From Caecitellus pseudoparvulus (taxonomy: Eukaryota; Protista; Bigyra: Bicosoecida): a DNA stretch of 64,000 nt. Numbering within the stretch: position 1 is the first letter of the stretch; every line of letters begins with the position of its first letter. Of the stretch, positions 62,668 to 64,000 are shown piece by piece. The DNA is taken from contig CBFFRQ010000062.1 in the NCBI GenBank assembly GCA_965644315.1, positions 310,001-374,000 of the forward strand, in the 5' to 3' direction. The notes below the pieces were generated by a model that was not told the origin of the DNA, ran no database searches, and saw only the letters and a list, made by a program, of their open reading frames with translations. A program made the translations under genes and the position numbers.

Positions 62668-63587
62668 ATGGTGCGTGGGGGTGACGCGGAGGGGTGACGG
62701 GGAAGAGGCGTGCGGCATGACACTCCACTCCCCGCTCTTTGCACTGCAGGCCAACCGCTACGACAGCAGGACGACGACGTTCTCCCCAGAAGGTGCGGCG
62801 TGCGGCGCCGGCCGAGCCACTGACCACGCCGAGCGAAACGCCACACACACCTGTGCACTGCCCCCTCCCTCGCGCAGGGCACTTGTACCAGGTGGAGTAT
62901 GCCATCACTGCCATTCAGAATGCTGCCGCTGCTGTGGGCATCTTGACTGAGCAGGGCATCGTCATCGCGGGGCAGAAGAAGACCGGCTCCAAGCTGCTGG
63001 CGCCGCCCAAGACGTCTGAGAAGCTGTACAAGCTGGACACCCACGTCGCCGCCGCCGTCGCGGGCTTGACCTCTGACGCTGACATCCTGGTGGACTATGC
63101 CCGCCTGACGGCGCAGCGGTACCGCTACCGCTACGACGAGCCCATGCCCGTGGAGCAGCTGGTGAAGACGCTGTGCAACCAGAAGCACTCCTACACACAG
63201 TTCGGCGGGCTGCGGCCATTCGGCGTGTCCTTTCTCTTCGCGGGGTGGGACCAGTACCTCGGCTTCCAGTTGTACCAGTCCAACCCGTCAGGCAACTACT
63301 CTGGGTGGAAGGCCACCGCCATCGGCGCCAACAGCACCTCCTCCCAGTCCACCCTCAAGACGGACTACAAGGCAGACATGACCCTGGCCGAGGCGCAGGG
63401 CCTGGCGGTGAAGGTGCTGACCAAGGCCATGGACACGACCGCCCCCAGCAGCGAGCAGGTGGAGGTGAGCACCGTCTTCCTGCACGAGGGGCAGGTGGTG
63501 CAGAAGGTGCTGTCTGCGGAGGAGACTGACGTGCTCATCAAGGAGGCCACTGAGGCTGCTGCAGAGGAGGGCGAGGAGGCCAAGTGA
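62668..63587 (+). CDS. PSMA4: 20S proteasome subunit alpha-3 (PSMA4/Pre9), 251 aa; join(62668..62670,62750..62792,62878..63587)
   Basis: Spliced product reads [24 protein letters not shown]...SEKLYKLD...VAGLTSDA...YTQFGGLRPFGVSFL...PSGNYSGWKA. Introns are 79 and 85 nt. Confidence 0.96.
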
Positions 63588-63843
63588 TGCTGTGTGGGGC
63601 GAGCTGCAGATCGGGCGGCGCAATGCACACAGCCGCGCCCATGGCACAATGCACCGTGCTCTGTGATCCACCAAGTCGCTCAAGAGGGCCATGGTTGCGT
63701 GGTGCGCCCCTCTGTGCGCACGAAAGAGGGGCCGACGGCGACGAGGTCGGTCGGCGCGGCCAGGCACCAGCGCCACCAGGGGCGCAGCTGGAGCGTGTGG
63801 AGTCCAGAAGCAGTGCACCCTGTAGCAGGGCGGCGAAGGCAGC

Positions 63844-64000
63844 ATGGACCAGTGGAATGTGTTCAAGTTCTTTGAGAAGAGTTTCATGCGCCCAGCGTCG
63901 CAGGAGGGCGACGTGGACTACCACAATGGCTTCGCGGTGCGGCCTGCAGCAGGTGCAGTGCACCTGGACAGCACCACCGCACGCCCCCCCCTGCCTGCGC
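63844..64000 (+). CDS. Possible exon of a further gene (MDQWNVFKFFEKSFMRPASQEGDVDYHNGFA) followed by an intron running off the window
   Basis: Codon-like GC3 pattern and a GTGCGG donor at 63937; too short to assign. Confidence 0.35.
   Translation, partial: MDQWNVFKFFEKSFMRPASQEGDVDYHNGFAVRPAAGAVHLDSTTARPPLPA

Overview
High-GC, gene-dense eukaryotic (protist) nuclear DNA. A stramenopile such as a bicosoecid is my guess from gene content and intron style, not a determination. Spliceosomal introns are short (mostly 68-94 nt, GTGCGN/GTGAGN...CAG) and mostly near 5' ends. Left to right: a GNB1L/Asa1-like WD40 gene running off the left edge (absent from the ORF track), a mucolipin/TRPML channel, a Dbf4-like zinc-finger protein, TMEM120, a ~2300-aa NHL/Kelch/IPT multi-pass membrane receptor-like protein, a ~7280-aa HERC-like HECT E3 ligase, TBCD and importin-9. 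Then come a tandem array of three diverged paralogues of a family I do not recognise, an orphan proline-rich repeat protein, an MFS transporter, proteasome alpha-3 (PSMA4) and perhaps the start of one more gene. The three paralogues share a conserved N-terminal domain, a PAS/PAC-like domain and basic NLS-like motifs. This array (48.3-56.7 kb) is the best candidate for an undescribed system. I found no rRNA, tRNA, CRISPR array or recognisable mobile element. All family assignments are by motif recognition from memory, with no database search.
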